A stretch of DNA of 64,000 nucleotides from an uncultured Pseudomonadota bacterium (GCA_963847705.1 CAWKBC010000034.1:1-64000), one strand, 5' to 3'. Shown: positions 11,543 through 27,556, counted from the first letter of the stretch. Program-made: numbers and translations. Notes: generated by a model not told the origin, from the sequence alone.

Positions 11543-12772
11543 ATGGCAGCTTTGCGTCGCCCCTTCTCCTTTTTGTTCGTGTTGGTGGCGGTGGTGGTCG
11601 GTGTCCAAATCGCCACGACAGCCGTCGCGGCAGCGGGGCCGGCCGCCGGTGATCCCGCCACGATCACCAAGGTCACCAATCTCAACAAGAAGGCGCTCGA
11701 GGCCTACAGCCAGCAGGACTACGACACCGCGCGCGACCTGCTGAAGCAGGCCCTCGAGCTCTGTACCAACGCCGGCATGGATCAGCACCCGATCACGGCG
11801 CGCACGCACGTTCACTTCGGCGTGGTCGCCATCGTGGGATTCAAGCAGCGCGAGGTCGGTCTCAAGCAGTTCCGCAAGGCGCTGGAGATCGAGCCCGACA
11901 TCAAGCTGACCAAGTCGCTGGTGACGCCCGAGCTGCAAGACGCCTTCGAAGAGGCAGTGCTCGCCAGCAACGCCAAGGCCGGGGGTGCGGCGGCCGGCGG
12001 CGGCGACGAGCAGGGGAACGCCGGGGGAGCCGCGGCGGGCGGCGACGACAACCAGGGTGGGCCCTCCGCGGAGGCCAGTGACGAGGGGGACGAAGATCAT
12101 CCCAACCCCAAGCCGAAGCCGCACAAGAAGAAGTCGGACGACGACGACGACAACAAGGACAAGGGCGACGAGGGCGCGGGCCAGCAGGGGACCATCTTCC
12201 TGGGCCTCACCATCGGGTCGAGCGCCGGCATCGCCAGCGGCGACGGGCACATGAACCCGGCGCACCAGCTTTCGGCCCCCGGCTTCGCGGTCGGGCAGCT
12301 GGGACAGATCGAGCCCCAGATCGGCTACTTCGTGAACCCGACGACGCTGCTCTCGCTGGTCGGCCGCCTCCAGTACGTCAGCGGTCTCAACGGTGAGAAC
12401 GCCTGCGGCGCGAACGGCATGACCTTCTGCAACCCGCTCACCGTCGTGGCCGCCGTTCTGGCGCGCGCGACCTTCCTGATGAGCGAGGGCCCGTTCCGCT
12501 TCACCATCGGCGGCCAGGTCGGCGGCGGCTATGTCGCCCACGCGCTGGTCTTCTCGTCCGACACCAACTGCGGCTCGTCGATGAGCACCGCGGGGCACAC
12601 CCAGTGCGTCGACGCGCTGCTCGGCGGTCCGTTCCTGATCGGCCCCACGGCCGGCGTCCTCTACGAGCTGGGTGACACCGTCAACCTCGTCGCCGGCGTC
12701 AACACGGAGCTCGGCGCGCCGAAGTTCACCTTCAACTTCGACCTCGACATCGGTCTCGCCTTCCGGCTCTGA
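11543..12772 (+). CDS. Secreted protein: TPR-like N-terminus, acidic linker, C-terminal outer-membrane beta-barrel
   Basis: Signal peptide; helical AxxxY...A repeats; C-terminal strands ending DIGLAFRL. Confidence 0.7.
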   Translation: MAALRRPFSFLFVLVAVVVGVQIATTAVAAAGPAAGDPATITKVTNLNKKALEAYSQQDYDTARDLLKQALELCTNAGMDQHPITARTHVHFGVVAIVGFKQREVGLKQFRKALEIEPDIKLTKSLVTPELQDAFEEAVLASNAKAGGAAAGGGDEQGNAGGAAAGGDDNQGGPSAEASDEGDEDHPNPKPKPHKKKSDDDDDNKDKGDEGAGQQGTIFLGLTIGSSAGIASGDGHMNPAHQLSAPGFAVGQLGQIEPQIGYFVNPTTLLSLVGRLQYVSGLNGENACGANGMTFCNPLTVVAAVLARATFLMSEGPFRFTIGGQVGGGYVAHALVFSSDTNCGSSMSTAGHTQCVDALLGGPFLIGPTAGVLYELGDTVNLVAGVNTELGAPKFTFNFDLDIGLAFRL

Positions 12773-12804
12773 CCGACCGCCGCGCGCGCTATGATGCGCG
12801 CCGG

Positions 12805-13740
12805 ATGCTCTACCGCGGCGTGCACGCCACCATCGGACGGACGCCGCTCGTCGAGCTGCGCCGGATCGGTGAGAACGGCGCGCGCCTCCTGGCCAAGCTG
12901 GAGCTGCGCAACCCGGGCGGCAGCGTCAAAGATCGAATCGCGGCGGCGATGGTGGAGGACGCCGAACGGCGCGGCGTGCTGGCCCCTGGCGGGACGATCG
13001 TGGAGGCGACCAGCGGCAACACCGGCATCGCGCTGGCCTTCGTCGCGGCGACCAAGGGCTACACGCTGCACGTGACCATGCCGGAGCGGATGTCGAAGGA
13101 GCGCCTCACCCTGCTTCGCTACCTCGGCGCGCAGGTCACGTTGACGCCCGGCGCCCTCATGGGCGAGGCGGTGGCGCGGGCCGAGTCGATGCGGCGGGAG
13201 ATCCCGGGGGCCGTGGCGCTCGACCAGTTTCGCAACCCCGCCAATCCCGAAGCCCACCGCGAGACGACCGGCCGTGAAATCTGGGAGGACGCCGCCGGCG
13301 AGATCGACCTGTTCGTGGCGGGCGTGGGAACCGGCGGCACCATCACCGGCGTCGGCGAGGTGTTGAAAGCGCGGAAGCCGGACGTCCGGGTGGTGGCCGT
13401 CGAGCCAGCGGCCGCAGCCGTCCTTTCGGGCCGCCGCGCCGCGAACCACATGATCCAGGGGATCGGCGCCGGCTTCGTCCCCCCGCTGCTGAACCGGGCC
13501 GTCGTCGACGAGGTGATGGCGGTCAGCGACGACGAGGCGTTCGCGCATGCCCGCCGCCTCGCGCGGGAGGAGGGAATCTCTGCCGGCGTCTCCTCGGGGG
13601 CGACGCTGGCGGCGGCCCTGCGGTTGGCCCGCCGCCCCGAGAACGAGGGGAAAACGATCGTGTTCATGGTCTGTGACAGCGGCGAACGCTACATCCACGG
13701 GCCGCTGGTGAACGAGCTTCTCGGCGCGTCAGGGACCTGA
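12805..13740 (+). CDS. cysK: Cysteine synthase A (O-acetylserine thiol-lyase)
   Basis: NPGGSVKDR, EATSGNTG, GVGTGGT, IQGIGAGF, DSGERY. Confidence 0.95.
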   Translation: MLYRGVHATIGRTPLVELRRIGENGARLLAKLELRNPGGSVKDRIAAAMVEDAERRGVLAPGGTIVEATSGNTGIALAFVAATKGYTLHVTMPERMSKERLTLLRYLGAQVTLTPGALMGEAVARAESMRREIPGAVALDQFRNPANPEAHRETTGREIWEDAAGEIDLFVAGVGTGGTITGVGEVLKARKPDVRVVAVEPAAAAVLSGRRAANHMIQGIGAGFVPPLLNRAVVDEVMAVSDDEAFAHARRLAREEGISAGVSSGATLAAALRLARRPENEGKTIVFMVCDSGERYIHGPLVNELLGASGT

Positions 13741-13755
13741 CGGCGGCGCCGCCCC

Positions 13756-14439
13756 TTGCTGCCACGCAGGGGCGTCCTTAGCTTCCCAGACGTGCTGGCC
13801 AGCGCTCCTCTGCACGGGCTCCGCCTCCTGGTGGTCGAAGACGACGAGACGATCCGTGCCTCCCTCGCCGACCTGCTGTGCGACGAGGGGGCGACGCTCG
13901 CCACCGTCGCCAACGGCCGCGAGGCGCTGGAGGCCTTGCGCCGCGCCCCGCAGCCGCCCGACCTGATCCTGCTCGATCTCATGATGCCGGTGATGGACGG
14001 CTGGGAGTTTCGGATCGCCCAGCGCGCCGACCGGATGCTGTCCGGGATTCCGCTCATCGCGATGTCAGCCGACCGCAGCGCCAAGGCGCGCGCCATTGCG
14101 GCCGACGCCTACGTGGTGAAGCCGCTCGATTTCGAGGCTCTCGTCGGACGCATCCGCAGCGTCGTCACAGAGGCCGCCGAAAAGCGACGCGCGGCTGCCG
14201 ACAGCACGGCGGCGTTCGCCGTGATGGCCGCCGAGATTGCGCACGAGATCAACAACCCGCTGACCTACGTGCTGGCAAACCTTCACGTCCTGGCGGAGAA
14301 ATTTCCCGCCGGCAGCCAGGATCCCGAGCGGATGGAGCTGCACGACCTCGTCGCCGACGCGGTGGAGGGGGCCGAGCGGATCCGCCGCGTCGTCAAGCAG
14401 GCCCAGGTGGAACCGGACGCCCTGCGACGACATCACTGA
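13756..14439 (+). CDS. Receiver domain fused to HisKA (DHp) domain, no ATPase domain
   Basis: LVVEDD, LLDLMMPVMDG, KP; then AHEINNPL; stop shortly after DHp helix 2; start uncertain. Confidence 0.85.
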   Translation: MLPRRGVLSFPDVLASAPLHGLRLLVVEDDETIRASLADLLCDEGATLATVANGREALEALRRAPQPPDLILLDLMMPVMDGWEFRIAQRADRMLSGIPLIAMSADRSAKARAIAADAYVVKPLDFEALVGRIRSVVTEAAEKRRAAADSTAAFAVMAAEIAHEINNPLTYVLANLHVLAEKFPAGSQDPERMELHDLVADAVEGAERIRRVVKQAQVEPDALRRHH

Positions 14440-14527
14440 AGGCCTCTTCAAACCAGTTCTCGAGCCCGCGATTGAGAGCGGGCCCGCGCTCAGGACGGGG
14501 CCGGGCCCCGGTGAGACGGAAGGAGCT

Positions 14528-15589
14528 TCAGTCCCCCAGGCCGTCGTCCTTCATGCCGTGCATGAGGCGCGCTTTCACCCTGGTCGCTTGTCGCTCCTTG
14601 TACTTGTCGTGGCTGTTCTCGCCGCTCTCGTTGTTCTCGGCGGTGCGCGCGTCGATGATCTGGAACTCGGTCAACACGAACACGATCGTCCCGTACTCCG
14701 CGAAGATCGGATCGTCGGGGAGACGACACAGGTACTTGTCGATGCGCACCGGCAGATCGCTCACGAAGTTGATCACCCGATAGCCCGGGCCCGAAAACTC
14801 GTTCAGGGGTGACGGCTTCTTGTCGGCCGCCACCGCCGCCAGATCGGTGATGTCGGGCAGGAAGCGCTGGAGCGCCGGGGAGCGCGACAGGGTCTCGCGA
14901 ATCTTGATGATGTCGTTCACCGACTGGCCCGGGATCACGTAGTTGAACGGGACCAGCCGCTCGGTGAGCTCGCGCAGCACGAACACCAGCTGCTCCTCGG
15001 TGTTGGTGATCATGCGGAACCGCAGGTTGTCGTAGACGTCGGCGGCGATCGATTCCTTCTTGGCCAGGAGCTTGGTGATCAGGCTGTCGACGTGCTTGCG
15101 GCTCCACTCGAACTCCACCACCGGGCAGCCGACCGCCTTGATCTCCTCGACCGTGCGCAGGACCTTCTCCTCGACCAGGTGGAAGATCTGGTCGCCGGAC
15201 ACCGGCAGCTTGGTCAGAAGCTCGCGGCCCGCCAGGTGATGCAGGACGTGCATGACCTTGAGGACGACGCAGGCGTGCGTGCGCCGGCGGCCCTTCTGCG
15301 AAGCAATGAGCAGCAGGTCCCGCGGCGGCACGCCGCTGGCGACCTCGTCGGGGATCTGGAGGCCGAGGTGGCGTTCCAGGTACTCGACAGCCGCGGCGCG
15401 CAGCTCGCCGAGGCGGCGCATGTCGTGGGCGTCGTTGGGGTCGAACTCATTGACCCGCAGAAATCGATCCACCTCGTCGCGATCGGTGAAATACAGCCGA
15501 TGCCAGTCGATCACCGAACCACCGCGCAGGAGGTTCCTGATCGCGGTCAGGTCACCGAGGGTGAAGTCCTCGTACCGGACGGGCCGCAT
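14528..15589 (-). CDS. TIGR04552-like conserved myxobacterial protein with RelA/SpoT synthetase-like motifs
   Basis: LRGGSVIDWHRL signature recalled for this family; K..DS...K, YD....R, GY, EFQI and H..YK motifs; likely start MRPVRY at 15589. Confidence 0.75.
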   Translation of the reverse strand: MRPVRYEDFTLGDLTAIRNLLRGGSVIDWHRLYFTDRDEVDRFLRVNEFDPNDAHDMRRLGELRAAAVEYLERHLGLQIPDEVASGVPPRDLLLIASQKGRRRTHACVVLKVMHVLHHLAGRELLTKLPVSGDQIFHLVEEKVLRTVEEIKAVGCPVVEFEWSRKHVDSLITKLLAKKESIAADVYDNLRFRMITNTEEQLVFVLRELTERLVPFNYVIPGQSVNDIIKIRETLSRSPALQRFLPDITDLAAVAADKKPSPLNEFSGPGYRVINFVSDLPVRIDKYLCRLPDDPIFAEYGTIVFVLTEFQIIDARTAENNESGENSHDKYKERQATRVKARLMHGMKDDGLGD

Positions 15590-15844
15590 GAGCCGCGTCA
15601 GGTTAGGTCTCCTCCACGGCGACCGCCAGCCGAAATCGAGCGATCTCTTTGGCGAACGCCGAAGCTCAGGGCAAACGGCGCGACGGGGACGGGCGGCCAG
15701 ACGGGCGGCCAAGACAAATCGTGGCCCAGAAGAGCGCCACGGCGAAAGATCCCATCACCAGGCTTCCGACGATTTGAATCATACCTTTACCCACATATAA
15801 CCACCTGTAGGTTCTGTCAAGAAATACGACGAATTTCGACTAAG

Positions 15845-16900
15845 ATGGCGAGCGTGAAGCGGGCTGACTCTCGTTCGGTGGTTGCTCTTGTGATGGCTCT
15901 CGCCGTGATTCCCGCGGGGCTCAACCTCGCCGCGTCGGCGGCAGCTGCGGCCTCGCCCGCGTCCGAGGCGGCGTATGCCGAGGGGCAGACGTTGCTCAAC
16001 GCCAAGAAGCTGGCCGAGGCGGCCGACAAGTTCGAAGCGGCGGTGGCGGCCGATCCGGGATACGCCTCCGCCTGGTACTCGCTGGCCGTCGCGCGCCGGC
16101 GCATGAGCCAGTGCACCGGCGCAATCGCCGCCTATCGACGATATGCGGCCCTCGAGCCCGACAAGTCCGAGCCGTACTACGGGCTCGGGCTCTGCCTGCG
16201 CGAGACCGGCGATCGTCCAGGCGCGATCGAGGCGCTCAAACACTACGTGGCCATCGAAAAACAGCCGGCCTCGCAGCGCTGGGTCGAAAACGCGCGCAGC
16301 ATCCTCACCGAGCTGGGGGCGACAGCAGCGGCGACTCCCGCGCCGCCAGTCGCGGCCGACGCCAAACCCGATGGCAAGCTGGCCGACGCCAAGCTGGCAG
16401 CCCCCAAGCCGTCTGCGCCGGTCGCGACGACCGGCAGCCCATTCGCAGAGGCGCAGGCGCTGCGCGAACGCGGCCGCCTCGACGAGGCGATCGCCAAGTA
16501 CCAGCAGGCGATCGCCGCCGACCCGAAGCACATGGCCTCGCGCGCCGCGCTGGGCGAGCTGCTGCTGAAGATCCACCGCGAGGACGAAGCGATCGAGGTG
16601 TTTCGCGCGGCGCTCGACAAGAACCCCGCCTACCCGCTGGCCCTCTACGATCTGGCTTTCGCGCTGCGCGTTCGGGATCGGCCGGCCGAAGCGGTCGACG
16701 CCTATCAGCGCTACATCAAGCTGCGCCCCAGCGATCCCGACGCCTACTATGGCCTCGGTCGTGCGCTCCAGCACCTCGGCCGGAAGGCCGACGCCAAGAA
16801 GGCGTACCAGACCTACGTCTCGATGGAGAAGCGCCCCGGCGAGCGACGGTGGGTCGAGTCGGCGCAGACGCAGCTGCGGACGTTGGTCGCCGCGCCGTAG
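15845..16900 (+). CDS. Secreted tetratricopeptide-repeat protein (two TPR clusters)
   Basis: ATG at 15845, hydrophobic leader, repeated A.Y.LG...G...A...Y..Y..L.P units. Confidence 0.88.
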   Translation: MASVKRADSRSVVALVMALAVIPAGLNLAASAAAAASPASEAAYAEGQTLLNAKKLAEAADKFEAAVAADPGYASAWYSLAVARRRMSQCTGAIAAYRRYAALEPDKSEPYYGLGLCLRETGDRPGAIEALKHYVAIEKQPASQRWVENARSILTELGATAAATPAPPVAADAKPDGKLADAKLAAPKPSAPVATTGSPFAEAQALRERGRLDEAIAKYQQAIAADPKHMASRAALGELLLKIHREDEAIEVFRAALDKNPAYPLALYDLAFALRVRDRPAEAVDAYQRYIKLRPSDPDAYYGLGRALQHLGRKADAKKAYQTYVSMEKRPGERRWVESAQTQLRTLVAAP

Positions 16901-16940
16901 CGGGTCGCTGCGCCGTGGCGGGGTCGCTGCGCCGTGGCGG
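16885..16940. repeat. Three copies of an 18-19-bp unit beginning in the TPR gene end
   Basis: ggtcgccgcgccgtagcg ggtcgctgcgccgtggcgg ggtcgctgcgccgtggcgg; the first copy contains the TAG stop. Confidence 0.8.
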
Positions 16941-18551
16941 TCACGCCGGGCCGGTCGCGGTCTCGCGCGGCAGCTCGAGCGTGAACGTCGAGCCCTGGGG
17001 CGGGTCGCTCTCGACCGTCAGCGTCCCGCCGTGGGCGAGCGCGATCTGGCGCCCGATATAAAGACCGAGCCCGAGGCCCCCCACCCGTTCGGCCGTCGGC
17101 AGCCGCTCGAAGGCCTGGAAGACCCGGCTGTGATCGGCGCGGGGAATCCCCATCCCGACGTCCTTGACGCGGATGCGGACGCGCTCACCGACCGACTCGA
17201 CCGACAGCGCGATCGGCTTCCCCATCCCGTACTTGATCGCGTTCGAGATCAGGTTCGTCACCACCTGTTCCAGCCGGCTGCGGTCCCAGGAACCGACGAC
17301 CGGTGCCGCGATCACCAGCTCGATCGATGAGCCGACCTCCGCTGCCTGCTCGCGAAGGCGGCCCGCCACGTCGCGCACCAGCTCGATGATGTCGACGCGC
17401 TCGATGCGAAGCGCAAACCGCCCGGCGGTCAGCCGAGAAACGTCGAGGAGATCGTCCACCAGGCCGCCCAAGCGATCGGCTGTGGTGTTGGCGGCGGCGA
17501 GGGCGCGGGTCAGCCGCTCGGCCTGTCCGTCGTCCGCGACCAGGCGCTCTCCCATTCGAATCGCCGAGCCGAGGCGCAGCTTGAGCGCGGTGAGCGGCGT
17601 CTTGAGCTCGTGCGAGGCGATGGAGATGAACTCGTCGCGTGCCCGGATCGCCGCGCGGCGCTCGGCCAGCGCAGCCGCCAGCGTCAGCATGCTGATCGCT
17701 GTGACCCCTGCGTAACCCTGCACCAGCAGCAGGCGCTCGTGCGGTGATTCGGTGCCGAAGATCCCGTTGCCCGAGGCGGCGCCCGACACGGCGATGGCCG
17801 ACACGAGCAGGAGCGCCGAGGTGACCCCGCGCTGCTCGAACCGGAGCGCCGCCCAGATCAGCAAGGGCACCGTCGGATAGGTGCCGCGCACGAGGCCGTG
17901 AATGGCCTGCCAGGCGAAGTCGTGGCGAAAAACCGTCGCGCTCACCAGGGCCAGAAGCACGGCCAGCACGATTCCCTCCAACCAGCGAAACGGACGGCGC
18001 GAGAGCCGCGAACTGCTGGCCCAGGCGAAGAGCAAGGGGGCAATCAGCAGATCGCCGAGGGAGTCGCCCACCCACCAGACCGCCCAGAATACGGGGTACC
18101 CGTCCGCGGTCCGGACATGACCGAGCAGGGCGGCGAGGAGGCCGAAGGTCGCGCTGATCGTCGTGCTCCCGAGCGCCGCCACGCCGACGAGCAGGTAGAC
18201 GTCCCGCAGCCGCTCGAGGCGGCTGTCGAACCCTCCGCGCTTCAAGAGTTCGGCGCCCACGACCGCTTCCAGCGTGTTGCCGGCGGCGATGATCGCCGCG
18301 CTCCAGAGCGGAATCCCCGTCGTGGCATTCACGGCGAAGGCGGCGGCCGCGATTGCCGGCCAGAGCCCCAACCCCCGCAAGGTGAGCGCGACGAGCGCGA
18401 TGCCGGTCGGCGGCCAGACGGTGCTGGCGATCCCCCCCAGCGCATCGAACGACAGCCCGAGGCGCGCGGTCGCGGCGTAGAGGACGAACAGCAGCCCGAG
18501 CTCCACCGCTCGCACCACCGTCGGTCGGCCTGCGACGGACATCATCGCCAC
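16941..18551 (-). CDS. MASE1-domain sensor histidine kinase
   Basis: WPPTGIA and WWVGDSLG MASE1 motifs; ASHELKTPL, NLISNAIKY, D.G.GI, GLGLGL. Confidence 0.93.
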   Translation of the reverse strand: MAMMSVAGRPTVVRAVELGLLFVLYAATARLGLSFDALGGIASTVWPPTGIALVALTLRGLGLWPAIAAAAFAVNATTGIPLWSAAIIAAGNTLEAVVGAELLKRGGFDSRLERLRDVYLLVGVAALGSTTISATFGLLAALLGHVRTADGYPVFWAVWWVGDSLGDLLIAPLLFAWASSSRLSRRPFRWLEGIVLAVLLALVSATVFRHDFAWQAIHGLVRGTYPTVPLLIWAALRFEQRGVTSALLLVSAIAVSGAASGNGIFGTESPHERLLLVQGYAGVTAISMLTLAAALAERRAAIRARDEFISIASHELKTPLTALKLRLGSAIRMGERLVADDGQAERLTRALAAANTTADRLGGLVDDLLDVSRLTAGRFALRIERVDIIELVRDVAGRLREQAAEVGSSIELVIAAPVVGSWDRSRLEQVVTNLISNAIKYGMGKPIALSVESVGERVRIRVKDVGMGIPRADHSRVFQAFERLPTAERVGGLGLGLYIGRQIALAHGGTLTVESDPPQGSTFTLELPRETATGPA

Positions 18552-18671
18552 GATAGCAAAAACCCGCCGCCGATCATCGGACCCCTCGCACAGGTCCGGT
18601 CAATTGATCGGGGCGGGTTGGCCCGAGACGGTTCCGCCCCGGGCTCTTGCCGTTCTTTTGGGACCTGGACG

Positions 18672-20600
<1,929 letters not shown>

Positions 20601-20658
20601 GAGCTGGTTTTCCTTTTTTCGCTGTCGCTTCGGAGGGTTGGCGTCCGATTTCGCGGTA

Positions 20659-20686
20659 ACCGTAAACACCCCAGATCTGGCGTCAA
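20659..20686 (-). promoter_or_regulatory. Possible sigma-70-type promoter for dnaK
   Basis: Minus strand TTGACG-N16-TACGGT about 60 bp upstream of the ATG. Confidence 0.3.
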
Positions 20687-20740
20687 GCAAAAGCCGGGTG
20701 CGCCGCGCGACATTCGATCTATAACTCCGTACCTGAACAA

Positions 20741-25042
<4,302 letters not shown>

Positions 25043-25069
25043 GGCCGGGCGGCTTGACGCGCCGCGGAC

Positions 25070-25109
25070 CGTTGTCTGCGGAACAGCTTCTGTTGCGCCG
25101 GTCGTAACA
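25070..25109. promoter_or_regulatory. Putative enhancer (bEBP binding) site pair, unit 1
   Basis: tgttgc-N7-gtaaca palindrome at 25091 plus a weaker copy at 25070; conserved in all four units. Confidence 0.6.
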
Positions 25110-25168
25110 GGTGGGGCCTCCGGCCCCGCGCTGCGCCCGGATTTGCGCCTTTATGGCCATAGAAACCG

Positions 25169-25186
25169 TTGGCTTGATTACTGCTT
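25169..25186 (+). promoter_or_regulatory. Sigma-54 promoter, unit 1
   Basis: ttGGcttgattactGCtt = GG-N10-GC. Confidence 0.85.
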
Positions 25187-25212
25187 TGTACAAGACCCGT
25201 GACCGACAAACG

Positions 25213-25295
25213 CCTTGTGAACAAACGGCAAAACCCGAGCGATCGGGCGACGCAAAGCCCACGGGACTCTCGCAGTCGGCCGGGCCGCCTCAAGG
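25213..25295 (+). ncRNA. GEMM / c-di-GMP-I class riboswitch, unit 1
   Basis: ggcaaa-P2(cccga GCGA tcggg)-gacgcaaagcc-P3-ggccgggccgcc; P1 ccttg/caagg; discriminator G at 25227. Confidence 0.9.
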
Positions 25296-25306
25296 GGGGT
25301 ATTCAA

Positions 25307-27178
25307 ATGAGAGAACTGGGGAAGCGGACCATCCAAATCAGCATCGCGCTCGGGGCCATCGCCGGCCTGATCGGCTGCGGTGAGCAGTCGAGCGACGTCG
25401 AGACGGGGACCCACGACCTGGGGCTGTCGTCCATCAACGGCCTCAGCTCCATCAACGGCCTGTCGTCGATCAACGGCCTCAGCTCCATCAACGGGCTGTC
25501 GTCCATCAACGGCCTCAGCTCCATCAACGGGCTGTCGTCCATCAACGGCCTCAGCTCCATCAACGGCCTCATGACGAACTCGGGAGGCCGCAAGACGATC
25601 TCCTACCTCGTCAAGTGTGCCCTCGCCGCCAACGACTCCCTGGTCAAGGCGGATCAGAACGGCAACAACTACACCTTCGCCGGCGGCATCGGCCTCTGCC
25701 CCGCCTGGAAGAACGGCGGCGTCTACGGGAACGACCAGTGCATGGAGGCGCTCTCCGCCTGCATGATGGCCCACGTCAACACCGCCGGCGTCCACGTCCC
25801 GCTCTGGCTCGACTCGAACGACACCGCCATCGGCTGGGGCGTCGATCGCGTCAACTTCCCCATGCAGGAGGGAACCTTCTTCGGCGACATCATCGACACC
25901 GGCAATCTGTCGTCGATCGGTAAACCGAATGTGACCGCGCCGGCCGCTTACTACTGCGACGGCGCCGGCTTCCCCACCGGCGCCTCGGGCGTCGTGGCCG
26001 GACGCCTCGGCGCCAGCCAGAGCGGCGCTCCCTACGTGAACCCGTTCGGCACCGGCACTCTCTGTCAGAACAACTCGTCGGCGGTGGGACAGTTCAGCCA
26101 GGGCATCACGGGCAGCTGCCCCGCCGGCTCGAACGCGAACCCCTCGGTCGGTTGCCCTGATGGATACAAGGCGCTCACCACCGGCTCCAACAACGTCTGG
26201 CAGCACGGCATCACCGTGTGGCGCAACAACAACTACACCCCGGTGTTCGACACCAGCTACCAGTACACGCTCTCGGCCGTCGCCACTCAGGGCAGCCCGA
26301 TGGTCATGGACTGCGGCACCTCGCCGATTCAACAGTGGAACGCCTCGGCTGGTCTCGCCACCTCGGTCTTCGTGATGGCGCCCAACGGCTCCAGCTGGAC
26401 CATCTCGCCGATGAACAACACGGCCCAATGCCTCGACGCGGGCGCCGGCAGCGCCGGCACCGGGTTGGTGCTCAACACCTGCAACGGCAGCGCCTCGCAG
26501 AACTGGAACATCAGCGCCAACGCCATGAACGGCAGCTTCAACGTCGCCACGGCCAGCACCGGTCTCTGCATGAACGTCCGCGGCGGCAACACCGCACCGG
26601 GGGCCGTCATGGAGGTCAACACCTGCACGTCTGGCACGGCCAGCCAGCAGTTCAACATCCAGGCGACCGTTGTCGCGGGCAGCACCGCCAACCAGACCAG
26701 CAGCGGCAGCGGCGGTACGGCGGGCACCACCTCGACCTTCGCCTCGTCGCGGACCTACCGCATGGTTCCCCAGAACGCGACCGGCGAGTCGATCGACGTC
26801 GTCGGCGGCAGCCAGGCGACCGGCACCGGGATTCAGCAGTACCAGACCCAGTCCGGCAACATCAACCAGGCCTTCTACCTGCTGGCCAACGGCAGCAACT
26901 GGCAGATCGCGATGGGCGCGAACCAGGCGATGTGCCTGGGCGCCAGCAACAACGGCACGGGCAATGGCACGATGGTCGTGATTCAGAGCTGCAACGGGAG
27001 CACGGCGCAGAGCTACACCGCGCTGCCGATGTCCACCTCGGGCGTGTACGCCTTCCAGAACGTGGCCTCTGGGCGCTGCCTGAACATGCAGGGCCCGAGC
27101 ACGGCGAACGGCGCCCTCATGCAGCTGTACGACTGCGGGAGCACCCCCGGCACCAACGCCCAGTTCAGCATGCAATAA
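25307..27178 (+). CDS. SSINGL-repeat lipoprotein with Cys-rich core and two ricin-type beta-trefoil domains
   Basis: LIGC lipobox; 8x SSINGL; YLVKCAL...SACMMAHVN...EGTFFG core; CLD/C...Q.W(F) ricin motifs in two blocks. Confidence 0.88.
   Translation: MRELGKRTIQISIALGAIAGLIGCGEQSSDVETGTHDLGLSSINGLSSINGLSSINGLSSINGLSSINGLSSINGLSSINGLSSINGLMTNSGGRKTISYLVKCALAANDSLVKADQNGNNYTFAGGIGLCPAWKNGGVYGNDQCMEALSACMMAHVNTAGVHVPLWLDSNDTAIGWGVDRVNFPMQEGTFFGDIIDTGNLSSIGKPNVTAPAAYYCDGAGFPTGASGVVAGRLGASQSGAPYVNPFGTGTLCQNNSSAVGQFSQGITGSCPAGSNANPSVGCPDGYKALTTGSNNVWQHGITVWRNNNYTPVFDTSYQYTLSAVATQGSPMVMDCGTSPIQQWNASAGLATSVFVMAPNGSSWTISPMNNTAQCLDAGAGSAGTGLVLNTCNGSASQNWNISANAMNGSFNVATASTGLCMNVRGGNTAPGAVMEVNTCTSGTASQQFNIQATVVAGSTANQTSSGSGGTAGTTSTFASSRTYRMVPQNATGESIDVVGGSQATGTGIQQYQTQSGNINQAFYLLANGSNWQIAMGANQAMCLGASNNGTGNGTMVVIQSCNGSTAQSYTALPMSTSGVYAFQNVASGRCLNMQGPSTANGALMQLYDCGSTPGTNAQFSMQ
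25421..25570 (+). repeat. Eight 18-nt coding repeats (GLSSIN)
   Basis: Alternating ggcctcagctccatcaac and gggctgtcgtccatcaac variants. Confidence 0.97.
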
Positions 27179-27204
27179 TCGCTGACCTGAAGCAGTCGCC
27201 CCAC

Positions 27205-27246
27205 AACGGCCGGTTCCGCCTCGCGCGGACCGGCCGTTTCCTATTT
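27205..27246 (+). terminator. Intrinsic terminator, unit 1
   Basis: acggccggttccgc...gcggaccggccgt followed by ttcctattt. Confidence 0.75.
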
Positions 27247-27317
27247 GGGCCGACGGCCTGGGGCGACGCCGATGATCCGGGCGGCCCGTCGCACCTGCAC
27301 GCACCAACGCGATGTGA

Positions 27318-27359
27318 TGCTGTTCACGTAACATCCATTCTGTTGTCTGCGATGCAACG
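27318..27359. promoter_or_regulatory. Putative enhancer site pair, unit 2
   Basis: tgttgt-N7-gcaacg at 27341 with a weaker upstream copy. Confidence 0.55.
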
Positions 27360-27419
27360 GGTGGGGCCTCATTCCCCACGAAAACCCCCAGGCCGGGCGG
27401 TCATCCACTCGAATAAACG

Positions 27420-27437
27420 TTGGCTTGATTACTGCTT
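27420..27437 (+). promoter_or_regulatory. Sigma-54 promoter, unit 2
   Basis: ttGGcttgattactGCtt. Confidence 0.85.
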
Positions 27438-27463
27438 TATAGACCCAGTGTGTCTGACCGGCA

Positions 27464-27545
27464 CCTTGTGAACAAACGCAAAACCCGAGCGATCGGGCGA
27501 CGCAAAGCCCACGGGACTCTCGCAGTCGGCCGGGCCGCCTCAAGG
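27464..27545 (+). ncRNA. GEMM / c-di-GMP-I class riboswitch, unit 2 (one G missing at the discriminator)
   Basis: Identical to unit 1 except aaacgcaaa in place of aaacggcaaa; P1 ccttg/caagg overlaps AAGGAGG. Confidence 0.85.
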
Positions 27546-27556
27546 AGGGTATCCAA

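Noticed and set aside
20601-20740. CIRCE/HrcA operator upstream of dnaK
   Set aside because: No TTAGCACTC-N9-GAGTGCTAA match seen
25199-25306. N-terminal extension of the first SSINGL protein given in the ORF track
   Set aside because: It is the riboswitch leader; paralogs start at the equivalent of ATG 25307 after an RBS
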